A stretch of 64,000 nucleotides of DNA, from NCBI GenBank assembly GCA_965207735.1, contig OZ242296.1, positions 2,976,001-3,040,000 of the forward strand, written 5' to 3'. The stretch comes from Candidatus Versatilivorator sp. Its GTDB lineage: Bacteria; Acidobacteriota; Terriglobia; Versatilivoradales; Versatilivoraceae. The first letter of the stretch is position 1; each line of letters begins with the position of its first letter. Shown here piece after piece: positions 18,489 through 27,112 of the stretch. A program made the translations under genes and the position numbers. The notes beneath the pieces were generated by a model that had not been told where the DNA came from, did not search any database, and saw nothing but the letters and a program-made list of their open reading frames with translations.

Positions 18489-20698
18489 GAGACGAACTGG
18501 AAAGGCTCGAAAAGGAACTGAAGCGCGGGGCGCCCGAACCGAATCCGGCGGTGAGAAAGCAGACCCACTCGAAGGCCATGGAGGCCTTTGACACACACCA
18601 CCAAGGATTGTCCGTTCAGCCGCGTCAGACAGGGCAGGAGGCAAATGTCATGTCCTGGCTGAAACGGAGAATCCATCCCCTTCAACTTCGTTATGTAGCG
18701 GCTGCCTGTGCCTTGTGCCTGGTGCTCGCCGCGGGCGGCGCCGGCTATTGGCTGCTCACCTGGTCTACCGAACCAGCTGAAACCGGTCAGGTCGCCAGAC
18801 TGGAACCCGAACCTTCGGAGGCGGCCGCCACGGGCGATTCACTCAAGCCCCCCGAAGAGGCTAGTCAGGCCGAGGCCTCCGGTCCTCCGCCTGTAGCCGA
18901 GTCCGCGCCGGCACAACCGGAAAAGCCGGCTCCCCGACCCGCCAAGGAGGCAGCTCAATCCCCGAAGGCCGCTGAACCGGCTCCGGTGGCGGCAACCGAG
19001 GGTGTCGCCGTCGAGGCGCCGAGCCAGGGACCGGTTCTGAGCATGGAATCGCCTGTGGCTACCCATGCGGATCCCAGTCGGCCACCCGTCCCCGTCGCTC
19101 CGCCGCCACCTCCGCCCGGGTCGGCAGCGGCCTTCGGCGGCGTCTCCGCCTCCAGGTCCGCGATGGTTCGCGGCCAGATTGCGGGCGGCCCTGCCACTCT
19201 CGGCCACACCAGGATGAGGATGGCTGCCGAGGATCCCGGCATGCTCCCGGAGGGAGGCGCCCCGGCAGGGGACCGTTTTGCCGGCGTCGATCCCAACCGG
19301 TTGAAAGTGGCTGCCGAGGAACCGGTGTCGACTTTCTCGATCGACGTCGACACCGCTTCCTACGGCTTTATGCGCGCCTCTCTCCGGCGTGGCGTGCTGC
19401 CGCCCAAGGAGGCCGTTCGCATCGAGGAGTTGATCAATTACTTCCCCTACGACTATCCGCTGCCCTCCGGTCGTGACACTCCCTTTGCGACCCAGGTGAC
19501 GGTGCTTCCAGCTCCCTGGAACCCCTCGACCCGACTGATGCATATCGGGATTCGCGGATTTGGGCTGACGGGTCCGCGCCCGCGGGCTAACCTGGTGTTT
19601 CTGATCGACACCTCGGGTTCCATGGGCCAGCCCGACAAACTGCCCCTGCTGGTCAATTCGCTCCGCCTGCTGCTGATGACGTTCCTGAAGCCGGAGGACC
19701 GGGTGGCCATTGTGACCTACGCGGGATCCTCGGCGACGGCCCTGGCGCCCACCCCGGTGAGCGAGCGTGACAAGATCCTGGCCGTCCTCGGCCAACTGAG
19801 AGCAGGCGGCTCCACCGCCGGCGCCTCGGGGATTCAACGCGCCTACCAACTGGCCCGGCAGCACTTCATCGCCGATGGGGTCAACCGCGTGATCCTGGCC
19901 ACCGACGGCGATTTCAACGTGGGGATCACCGACCTGGACCAGCTCCAAGGCTATGTCGAGCGCGAGCGGAAGAGCGGCGTCTACCTTTCAGTGCTCGGCT
20001 TCGGCATGGGCAATCTGAATGACAGGCTCATGCAGGCCTTGGCCCAGAACGGAAACGGCATCGCCTCCTACATCGACACCCTTTCCGAAGCCCAAAAGGT
20101 CCTGGTGGAGGAAGCCACCTCGACGCTCTTCCCCATCGCCAAGGATGTCAAGATCCAGGTCGAGTTCAACCCGGCCCGAGTGAGCGAGTATCGGTTGATC
20201 GGTTACGAGAGCCGAATGCTGGCCCGGGAGGACTTTCAAAACGATCGGGTGGATGCCGGCGAGGTCGGCTCCGGCCACCGGGTGACTGCCATCTACGAAA
20301 TCACTCCGGTGGGTTCCGGGGGCGAGCGCGTGCCGCCGCTGCGCTACGGGCCGGAGAAGAAACCGCAGCCCGGCGCGGCACGCGGCGAATACGCATTTGT
20401 GAAGATCCGCTACAAGTTGCCGGAATCGGACACCAGCACCCTGATGTCCCAGGCGGTGACCGCCGCCAATGAACATGAGAGGATCGATCAGGCTCCCCTG
20501 GACGTGCGCTTTGCAACGGCAGTAGCAGGGTTTGGCCAATTGCTGCGGGGAAGCCCCTATACGGGAAAGTTCGATTTTGACCAGGTGATCGAGCTGGCCC
20601 AGGGAGCCCGCGGGGAGGACCGCTTCGGCTATCGCTCCCAGTTTCTTCAACTGGTGCGGCTGGCCCGGTCGGCGGCCCGACCCGCGATTGCGCCTTGA
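18485..20698 (+). CDS. Membrane-anchored vWA-domain protein (YfbK/DUF3520-like), possible anti-sigma partner
   Basis: TM helix and Pro/Ala linker; STFSIDVDTASY; MIDAS motif DTSGSM; TDGDFNVG; 4-bp overlap with the sigma gene. Confidence 0.9.
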   Translation: MRDELERLEKELKRGAPEPNPAVRKQTHSKAMEAFDTHHQGLSVQPRQTGQEANVMSWLKRRIHPLQLRYVAAACALCLVLAAGGAGYWLLTWSTEPAETGQVARLEPEPSEAAATGDSLKPPEEASQAEASGPPPVAESAPAQPEKPAPRPAKEAAQSPKAAEPAPVAATEGVAVEAPSQGPVLSMESPVATHADPSRPPVPVAPPPPPPGSAAAFGGVSASRSAMVRGQIAGGPATLGHTRMRMAAEDPGMLPEGGAPAGDRFAGVDPNRLKVAAEEPVSTFSIDVDTASYGFMRASLRRGVLPPKEAVRIEELINYFPYDYPLPSGRDTPFATQVTVLPAPWNPSTRLMHIGIRGFGLTGPRPRANLVFLIDTSGSMGQPDKLPLLVNSLRLLLMTFLKPEDRVAIVTYAGSSATALAPTPVSERDKILAVLGQLRAGGSTAGASGIQRAYQLARQHFIADGVNRVILATDGDFNVGITDLDQLQGYVERERKSGVYLSVLGFGMGNLNDRLMQALAQNGNGIASYIDTLSEAQKVLVEEATSTLFPIAKDVKIQVEFNPARVSEYRLIGYESRMLAREDFQNDRVDAGEVGSGHRVTAIYEITPVGSGGERVPPLRYGPEKKPQPGAARGEYAFVKIRYKLPESDTSTLMSQAVTAANEHERIDQAPLDVRFATAVAGFGQLLRGSPYTGKFDFDQVIELAQGARGEDRFGYRSQFLQLVRLARSAARPAIAP

Positions 20699-20856
20699 TC
20701 GGCTCGGATCTGCTCGGATCTGCTTTACAATTCCCACCCAAGGCGCTATGGTTGCGCCCCGAAATCGGTTCGGATCTGTAACCGATTCCAGTTCTTTCTG
20801 TTCCGCCCACCACCGGAAGGAACGCTCCCCACTCTCAAGGCGGCCGGTCGGGGGAC

Positions 20857-22047
20857 CTGCGAGGGAAGCGCGGCTTTATCCTGACGGGGATCGCCGGCTC
20901 CCACACGCTGTTCCACGCCTTCCAGCACAGCCTGCTGGTATTGTTTCCCAACATACGGGAGACCTTCGCCCTTTCCAATCTGCAGACCACCTCCATTTCT
21001 GCGGTGCAGGAGGTCGTGGCCGGAGTGATCGATCTGCCCGGAGGGGTGGCGATGGACCTTTTCAAGCGGTACTGGGGTGTGGTCATGACCCTCTGCATGG
21101 GCGGTTTCGGTATCGGCTGGATGGTGGTCGGAACGGCTCCCGGGTACCTGACGGTCCTTTCCGGAATGGCGATCGTGGCCGCTTCCTCCTCGCTCTGGCA
21201 TCTGCCGGCCATGGCGGCTCTTTCCAACCGCTTTGCCAAGCGCCGCGGCTTTGCCCTGTCGGTTTACGGGGTTGGCGGCAACGTGGGGGAGATCCTGGGA
21301 CCGGCCACCACCGGCTTGCTGCTGGGGATGCTCACCTGGCAAAGCATCATCGGCTCCTATGCCCTGCTTCCCCTGCTCCTGATGTTTCCCGTCTACTGGG
21401 CCTTTCGGGACATCGGAAGCCGCCAGCCAGACTCCTCATCGGCCCCCGGAACGGCCAGGCTGCCGGACCAGCTCGCCTACACACGGCAGATGTTCAGAAA
21501 CGGCGTCCTGTGGGGAATCATCGCCGTGGCCGGACTGCGGGGAATGGCCTTTGTGGCTTTCACCGCTGTTATCGCCCTTTACGCCAAGGATGTGCTGGAT
21601 TTGAGCGACCAGACGCGAGGATACTACTTCTCGCTGTTGGGCCTGGTCGGCATGGCCGCCTCTCCGGTGCTGGGCCATCTCTCGGATCGGTTCGGCCGAA
21701 AGACGGTCCTGGTGCCCAATCTGCTGGCTCTGGGAGTGCTGACCCTGCTGATGGCCTGGTATGGTCACCTGGGAGCCTTCCCGGTGCTGCTGCTGCTCAT
21801 GGGAGTCTTCCTCTACAGCGACCAGCCCGTGCTGACCGCCGCCGCCCTGGACGTGGCCGGTCGGCGCACCACCACCACCGCCATCGGGTTCGTCTCCTTC
21901 TCCCGGTTGGCCCTGAGCGCTCCCTCTCCGGTGATTGCGGGTTGGCTGTACAATCCCGAGGCCGTGCATACGGTGTTCTACTACATTGCGGGCCTCTTCT
22001 TCCTGGCCGCCTGCGGTCTCTATCTGCTCCCGTTGCGAAAGGGATGA
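20857..22047 (+). CDS. MFS transporter (start uncertain)
   Basis: Many TM helices; GHLSDRFGRK; the open frame extends upstream of TTG 20941 with a TM1-like segment. Confidence 0.85.
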   Translation: MRGKRGFILTGIAGSHTLFHAFQHSLLVLFPNIRETFALSNLQTTSISAVQEVVAGVIDLPGGVAMDLFKRYWGVVMTLCMGGFGIGWMVVGTAPGYLTVLSGMAIVAASSSLWHLPAMAALSNRFAKRRGFALSVYGVGGNVGEILGPATTGLLLGMLTWQSIIGSYALLPLLLMFPVYWAFRDIGSRQPDSSSAPGTARLPDQLAYTRQMFRNGVLWGIIAVAGLRGMAFVAFTAVIALYAKDVLDLSDQTRGYYFSLLGLVGMAASPVLGHLSDRFGRKTVLVPNLLALGVLTLLMAWYGHLGAFPVLLLLMGVFLYSDQPVLTAAALDVAGRRTTTTAIGFVSFSRLALSAPSPVIAGWLYNPEAVHTVFYYIAGLFFLAACGLYLLPLRKG

Positions 22048-22098
22048 CAGACCGCGTCGGGCGGGGCAAAATAGAGACACTGTTATCGGGAGGGCTCA

Positions 22099-22668
22099 AT
22101 GGACAAGGTCCTGATCGTGATTGGCGACGCCTCCGAAGCCATGGATACGCTTTACCCCTACTACCGCGTGCAGGAGGACGGGTTCGAAGCGGTAGTGGCG
22201 GCTCCGGAAAAACGGCGCTACCATCTCGTCATACATGAGATACCGCCCGGATGGGAGGTGACTCGGGAATCGCCCAGCTACCACTGGAACTCCGACATCG
22301 CCTTTCGGGACGTCGAGCCGGACGAGTATGCCGGTCTCTTTGTTTCAGGGGGACGGGCGCCGGAGTATCTGCGCTACGACAGACACCTGATGAACATCAT
22401 TCGCCATTTCTTTGAAGCCGGCAAGCCCGTGGCCTCGGTGTGCCACGGAGCCGAGATCCTGGCGGCGTCGGGCTTCGTTCGGGGAAGGCGCATGGCTACC
22501 GTGCCCAAGTGTAAATTCGACGTGGAGATCTGCGGCGCGACCTTCGTGGACCATGGCTGCGTACGGGACGGCAACCTGGTGAGCGCCCGCACCTGGCACG
22601 ACAACGCGCTCTACATGAAGGAGTTTGTCCGCATGTTGCTGGAGGCTAGGCGGCTCCAGGGCGGATAG
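22099..22668 (+). CDS. DJ-1/PfpI family protein
   Basis: SGGRAPEYLR, ASVCHG and RDGNLVSARTWHD motifs. Confidence 0.92.
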   Translation: MDKVLIVIGDASEAMDTLYPYYRVQEDGFEAVVAAPEKRRYHLVIHEIPPGWEVTRESPSYHWNSDIAFRDVEPDEYAGLFVSGGRAPEYLRYDRHLMNIIRHFFEAGKPVASVCHGAEILAASGFVRGRRMATVPKCKFDVEICGATFVDHGCVRDGNLVSARTWHDNALYMKEFVRMLLEARRLQGG

Positions 22669-22742
22669 AATCCTGAATTGCCGTCCCCGACCTGGTCGGC
22701 AACCGGACCCGCTTCGACGTTTCGAAAAAAGGGGAACCTGCA

Positions 22743-22964
22743 ATGACTCTTCTTCGTCGCCTGGTCATGACTGCCGCCCGGGCGCTGGTCCAGAATCCGG
22801 AAGCGCGAGCCAAGGCCCGAGAGGTCCTCGAGGAAGAGGTCAAGCCCCGGGCCAAGGAGGCCTGGCGGGAGGCTCGCCCCGAAATCGAGAAAGCCGGGCG
22901 TGGGCTCAAGCGTCTTGCCCGCAATGTCCGGGACCAGTATCGCAAGGGCCGCCGTGGCGATTGA
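22743..22964 (+). CDS. Small basic helical hypothetical protein
   Basis: RBS-like aagggg upstream; coding-like composition. Confidence 0.6.
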   Translation: MTLLRRLVMTAARALVQNPEARAKAREVLEEEVKPRAKEAWREARPEIEKAGRGLKRLARNVRDQYRKGRRGD

Positions 22965-23331
22965 GGGCGGCCGTTCCCCCGCCCTGCCGTGCGGATCGTT
23001 CGAGAGTGAAACAATCGGAAATCGATAATTCTTTCGCGACCTTGGTACCCCGTCGCGGTTGACCTCAACGCCTTAGTGGCCCTTTGTCGTTCTTAGCCCG
23101 CATTTCTCACCAGAGTTCGCACAGGAGCGGTAAAAGGGGCCATGGAGGCATTTGAGGCCGAGTTTAACAACGTTGGTGGCTGGATCGGTAGGCAAAGGCC
23201 AACAGCGGAGGCTTCTGAGGCTCTCCGAGGAACCTCAGGCGGCATTTTCCCTCGAAAACAGCGACACCTCTGCCATCGGGCCTGGTGGCCGCGTCTTCAA
23301 GGGCCAGGAGTGACGGTCGGGTCAGGGCACC

Positions 23332-24699
23332 TCAGGGCGGCAGGTGAGCCCAAGCGATGCGGAACTCCCTCTGGTAAGGACATCCGGAAGCCATGGCGAC
23401 CTTGATGCGACGGACCGAGATGGTGACCTGAGCGCCGATCTTGAGCAGTTTGAGTCTGATGGAACCGACGGTGGCCCGGGCCAGGCAGGTGGATTGCAGC
23501 GCCCGCCGGCGCAAGCCCTCCACCAGCACATAGGCGAAAGAGGTCATCAGGAGCCGGAGCTGATTCGCCCGGAAGGAGTGGGTGGAGGTGCGATCGGCAA
23601 ACAGGTCGAGTTGCTGCTCCTTGATGCGGTTTTCCATCTCACCGCGGGCACAGTAGATCTTCTCATAGAGGAACTGGGCGGGGTAGTCCTGGACCGACAG
23701 AGAGGTGACGACGAAGCGGGGGTTGGGGCCGCGGGGCAGGACCTCGGCTTTGGCGACCAGGCGGCGCTCGTGGGACCAGCTCTTGTGAGTGCGGTAGGAG
23801 AGGTCGGTGAAGATCCGGGCGGGCTGCTGTTGCTGGTCTGAGAGGGCCTGGGCCTGAGCCAACTCGGGGGCGATGGCGTCTTGGAGGCGGGAGTTGCGGG
23901 CCAGGCCGAAGAGATAGTCGACCTGATGCTGCTCACACCACCCCATCAGCTCCTCACGGGCAAAGCCGGAGTCGGCCCGCAGCAGGATCTTGACCTGAGG
24001 CCAGACACGCCGTAGGCGGGAGACGATGCGCTGGACCTGCTCCAGAGCGCCGGCGGAGGCATCGATGTTGGCGGGTCTGAGCAGGGCCGAGAGCAGATGG
24101 CGGCCCGAGAAGATGTAGAGGGGCAGGTAGCAGTAGCCTCGGTAGTAGCCGTGGAAGAAGCGGTCCTCTTGTTCCCCGTGGAGGGGATCGTCAGTGGCGT
24201 CGAGGTCGAGGATGATCTCATCGGGGGGTTGGGGATGGGCTTGCAGAAACAGTTTCACCAGGAGGGCTTGCAAGGCCTCGGGGTCGTGGTCAATCTTGTG
24301 GTAGCGGGTGGGGCCTTGGGTGGGGGCGTGTTCGAGTCGGTTGAGGGTGCTCTTGCCTGCCAGGGGAGGCGAGTCGCCACGACGGCCTTTCTCTGAAAAC
24401 AAGGCCATGAGGGGATCGTGACGGAGTTGGTCGTGGTCGATGAGATCCTCGTAGCCGAGGGCGATGCCACGGATGCGCTGAGCGATGAGGGTGCGCAGGC
24501 TGTATTGGGTCCGCTTGGGGTCGCGGTGATCGGTGAAACAGTCGGCCACCTGGTCGGAGAGAGATAAGCCCCGATCCACCCGGCGCAACAGCAGGGAGCC
24601 GGCATCGGAAGTGATGGGACCGCCGTCGAAATCAGCCACCACGCGGCGGCGGCCGTGGGGTTCAAACTCCAGGGGTTTGGTGTTACACTGTGTCGGCAT
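23332..24699 (-). CDS. IS1380-family transposase
   Basis: 455 aa, nearly identical to 1033-2400. Confidence 0.95.
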   Translation of the reverse strand: MPTQCNTKPLEFEPHGRRRVVADFDGGPITSDAGSLLLRRVDRGLSLSDQVADCFTDHRDPKRTQYSLRTLIAQRIRGIALGYEDLIDHDQLRHDPLMALFSEKGRRGDSPPLAGKSTLNRLEHAPTQGPTRYHKIDHDPEALQALLVKLFLQAHPQPPDEIILDLDATDDPLHGEQEDRFFHGYYRGYCYLPLYIFSGRHLLSALLRPANIDASAGALEQVQRIVSRLRRVWPQVKILLRADSGFAREELMGWCEQHQVDYLFGLARNSRLQDAIAPELAQAQALSDQQQQPARIFTDLSYRTHKSWSHERRLVAKAEVLPRGPNPRFVVTSLSVQDYPAQFLYEKIYCARGEMENRIKEQQLDLFADRTSTHSFRANQLRLLMTSFAYVLVEGLRRRALQSTCLARATVGSIRLKLLKIGAQVTISVRRIKVAMASGCPYQREFRIAWAHLPP

Positions 24700-24781
24700 C
24701 GGTTCTCCTTTAAGAATCTGGTTAACTCCTTAGACAAGAGTATTTTACCAGATTCCGAGAACCGATGCTTCCTACCTCTGG

Positions 24782-25650
24782 GTAGAGTCGAGGACTGGCG
24801 CGTTGACTATAGGGTCCGGTGGCTATTCCGTCGCTTTCGCTTCGGGCCTCAGTCCGGCTCCCTTATCACGTTTCCAGTCCCCGCTCTCCGAACCGGACGT
24901 GCGGTTTTCCCGCATCTCGGCTCTCCAGTGGGATCATGCGTCTCGCACACAGGTCCCCGCTCGCATCCGTGGACGACTCCTATGGGATTGGCACCCGTCC
25001 CCCACTCCATCCACTTCCGCTCCCGGGTTGCCGCCAGGCCTGTTGATGCCCTGACGACGCCGTCCTCCTCCGACGACCCTTTCACTTTTGCATGTGATGC
25101 TTCCGGAGTCTCCGGCCCTTTTTTGGTCGGGGTTTCAGGCTTTCGCCACTCCCGGGACCCTTCCCCCTTCGGTCACCGCTCCTCACCTGAGGCCCCTTCC
25201 CTCCACCGGTATTACCCGGCTTCTCCGGTACTACAGGCCTCTCCGCCACCCTGTCGGCCTAGACTGACTCTCGCGAGCTTCCGGTTCGGTGCGTGCCTCA
25301 CCACCCACAGGGCTTCCCATGTTGCTGCCTTCTTCCCCTTCCATGCGTGCCAGCGCCACTACCCCGGCGGGTCCAAAGGGGTGCCCGCGTCGCTCGCTTC
25401 CCCCTCCGTCTTCGGCCTTCCCCATTTCTCAGGTGGGTCGGCCCCCGCATTGCCCGTTTCGAGGCCTGCTCGACGTTCACTCGCGTTCCGGCCCGCATGC
25501 TCGCTGAACCGCCTTAAGCGGCCCTTTGACACCAGAGGGCTTCAGACCATATCGTTACCTCCATGATCCGCCCTGGCTGCTACCAACCGGAGCGACAGTT
25601 GTTGGACGGGTTTCGCACCCGTTGGAAGAAGGCGCCTTTCCATGGCGCAC
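24782..25650 (-). ncRNA. ORF-less group II intron (869 nt)
   Basis: 5' GTGCG; domain V gagccgagatgcgggaaaaccgcacgtccggttc (24923-24890) with AGC triad and AC bulge; extended domain VI ending cgactctAC; removal restores the TIR of copy 1 exactly. Confidence 0.93.
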
Positions 25651-25741
25651 TGAGAAATGCGGGTTAGTGGCCCTTCGTGGATAACTCTTTTTTCTTTTGT
25701 TTCAGGCAACGCAAGCCATGGATTCCCCGAGGAAAGGCTCC

Positions 25742-26602
25742 ATGGAAATGACCATCCTCCCGCTGGGAGAACACATCGGAGCCGAGGTGCGGGGTATCGA
25801 CGTGGCCTCTCCCCACGGCGAGGAGACTTTTGCCCAGCTCCGCCGGGCCCTATACAGGCATTCGGTGCTGGTCTTCCACGACCAGGACATCTCCGACGAG
25901 CAGCAGGTGGCCTTCACACGGGGCTTCGGCCGGCTGCAGATGACCCTGGCCAGCGATCCTTACGGAGGCGGCGGCTTCATCAACCGCATCGCCAACGTGG
26001 ATGAGGAAGGCCGCCTCATCCCTCCCCAGGACAAGCGTTCCCTCTATCAGGCCGGCAACACGCTCTGGCATTCCGACGGCTCCTTCAAGGCCGTCCCCTT
26101 GCGGGCCTCCATGCTGTCGGCCAGGGTGGTGCCGCCCCGCGGGGGCGAGACCGAGTACGCCAGCCTTCGGGCCGCCTACGCGGCTCTGTCCGAGCCCCGG
26201 AAGGCCCAACTGGAGGGATTGGTCGCCGAGCACAGCATGGCCCATTCGCGGGCCCAGATCGCTCCCGGCCTGTTGACCGAGGCCTTCCGCAAGGAAACGC
26301 CCCCGGTCCGCCACGTGATGGTCCGCACCGTCCCCGAGACTGGAGAGAAAGCCCTCTACGTGGGATCTTACGCCTCTCATATCATCGGATGGGAGCGTGA
26401 GAAGGGCCGAGCCCTGCTCGAGGAGCTTCTGGAATGGGCTACCCAGCCGAAGTTCGTCTACCGGCACCAGTGGGAAACCAACGACCTGGTAATGTGGGAC
26501 AATCGCACCTGCCTCCACCGCGGCCGTCCCTGGGACAACGCGATCTACAAGCGCATCATGCACCGCACCACCCTGGCCGGAGACGGCCCCACCGTCCCCT
26601 GA
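25742..26602 (+). CDS. TauD/TfdA family Fe(II)/2-oxoglutarate dioxygenase
   Basis: WHSDGSF, GGETEYA and WDNRTCLHR motifs. Confidence 0.93.
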   Translation: MEMTILPLGEHIGAEVRGIDVASPHGEETFAQLRRALYRHSVLVFHDQDISDEQQVAFTRGFGRLQMTLASDPYGGGGFINRIANVDEEGRLIPPQDKRSLYQAGNTLWHSDGSFKAVPLRASMLSARVVPPRGGETEYASLRAAYAALSEPRKAQLEGLVAEHSMAHSRAQIAPGLLTEAFRKETPPVRHVMVRTVPETGEKALYVGSYASHIIGWEREKGRALLEELLEWATQPKFVYRHQWETNDLVMWDNRTCLHRGRPWDNAIYKRIMHRTTLAGDGPTVP

Positions 26603-26634
26603 ATCTCCTGACTTTGCCTGGATCTCAATGCTAG

Positions 26635-27080
26635 CCGGCATTTCTCACCGGGGGTTCCACCCGTGAGGTGGCGATTTGCCCCCTCCGGCTCGACTGCGGG
26701 GTTCGCCCTTTGGTAGTCACGCACGGGACGCCGAGTCTGCCCCCCTCCGGCTCGACTGCGGGCTCCGCCCTCTCGCCGACTCCCCCTCAAGGGGGGAGTG
26801 ATACTTGAGGCTTGCACAACGCTTATTGCCCGATTGCTGGGCAGGATGTAAACCCTGTTCCCGGTCTAACGAATAAAATCCGTTCCCTCTTCATAACACG
26901 GATATCACTCCCCCCTTGAGGGGGAGTCGCAGAAGTCGAGCCGAATGGCGAAGGCTGATGCGGAGGGGGGCCAACGCGGCGCCTCCGAACGGTAGCGCCG
27001 AATGGCGAGGCCTTGTGCGCCGTGACGGAGGTCGCACAACCCCAGCCAGAGGCGATGGCTGATGCGTTGGGGGAAGCCGG
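26635..27080. repeat. Composite repeat: IS1380-like end followed by a REP-like inverted pair
   Basis: ctag|ccggcatttctcacc; 27-bp perfect IR at 26777-26803 / 26903-26929; direct repeat cccctccggctcgactgcggg twice. Confidence 0.75.
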
Positions 27081-27112
27081 GCCGCTAAGCTGAGGCGCGC
27101 GGCCGCACCCCG

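Larger units (their letters stand above)
23097..25663 (-). mobile_element. IS1380-family element, copy 2, with a group II intron in its left TIR
   Basis: Ends cccgcatttctcaccagag (23097) and tgagaaatgcggg (25651-25663); TTAG duplicated at 23093-23096 and 25664-25667. Confidence 0.95.

Noticed and set aside
20697-20724. Short tandem repeat gctcggatct
   Set aside because: About 2.5 copies only, with no functional evidence.
24655-25566. 303-aa plus-strand ORF
   Set aside because: Antisense to the group II intron, with no RT or other recognisable motifs.
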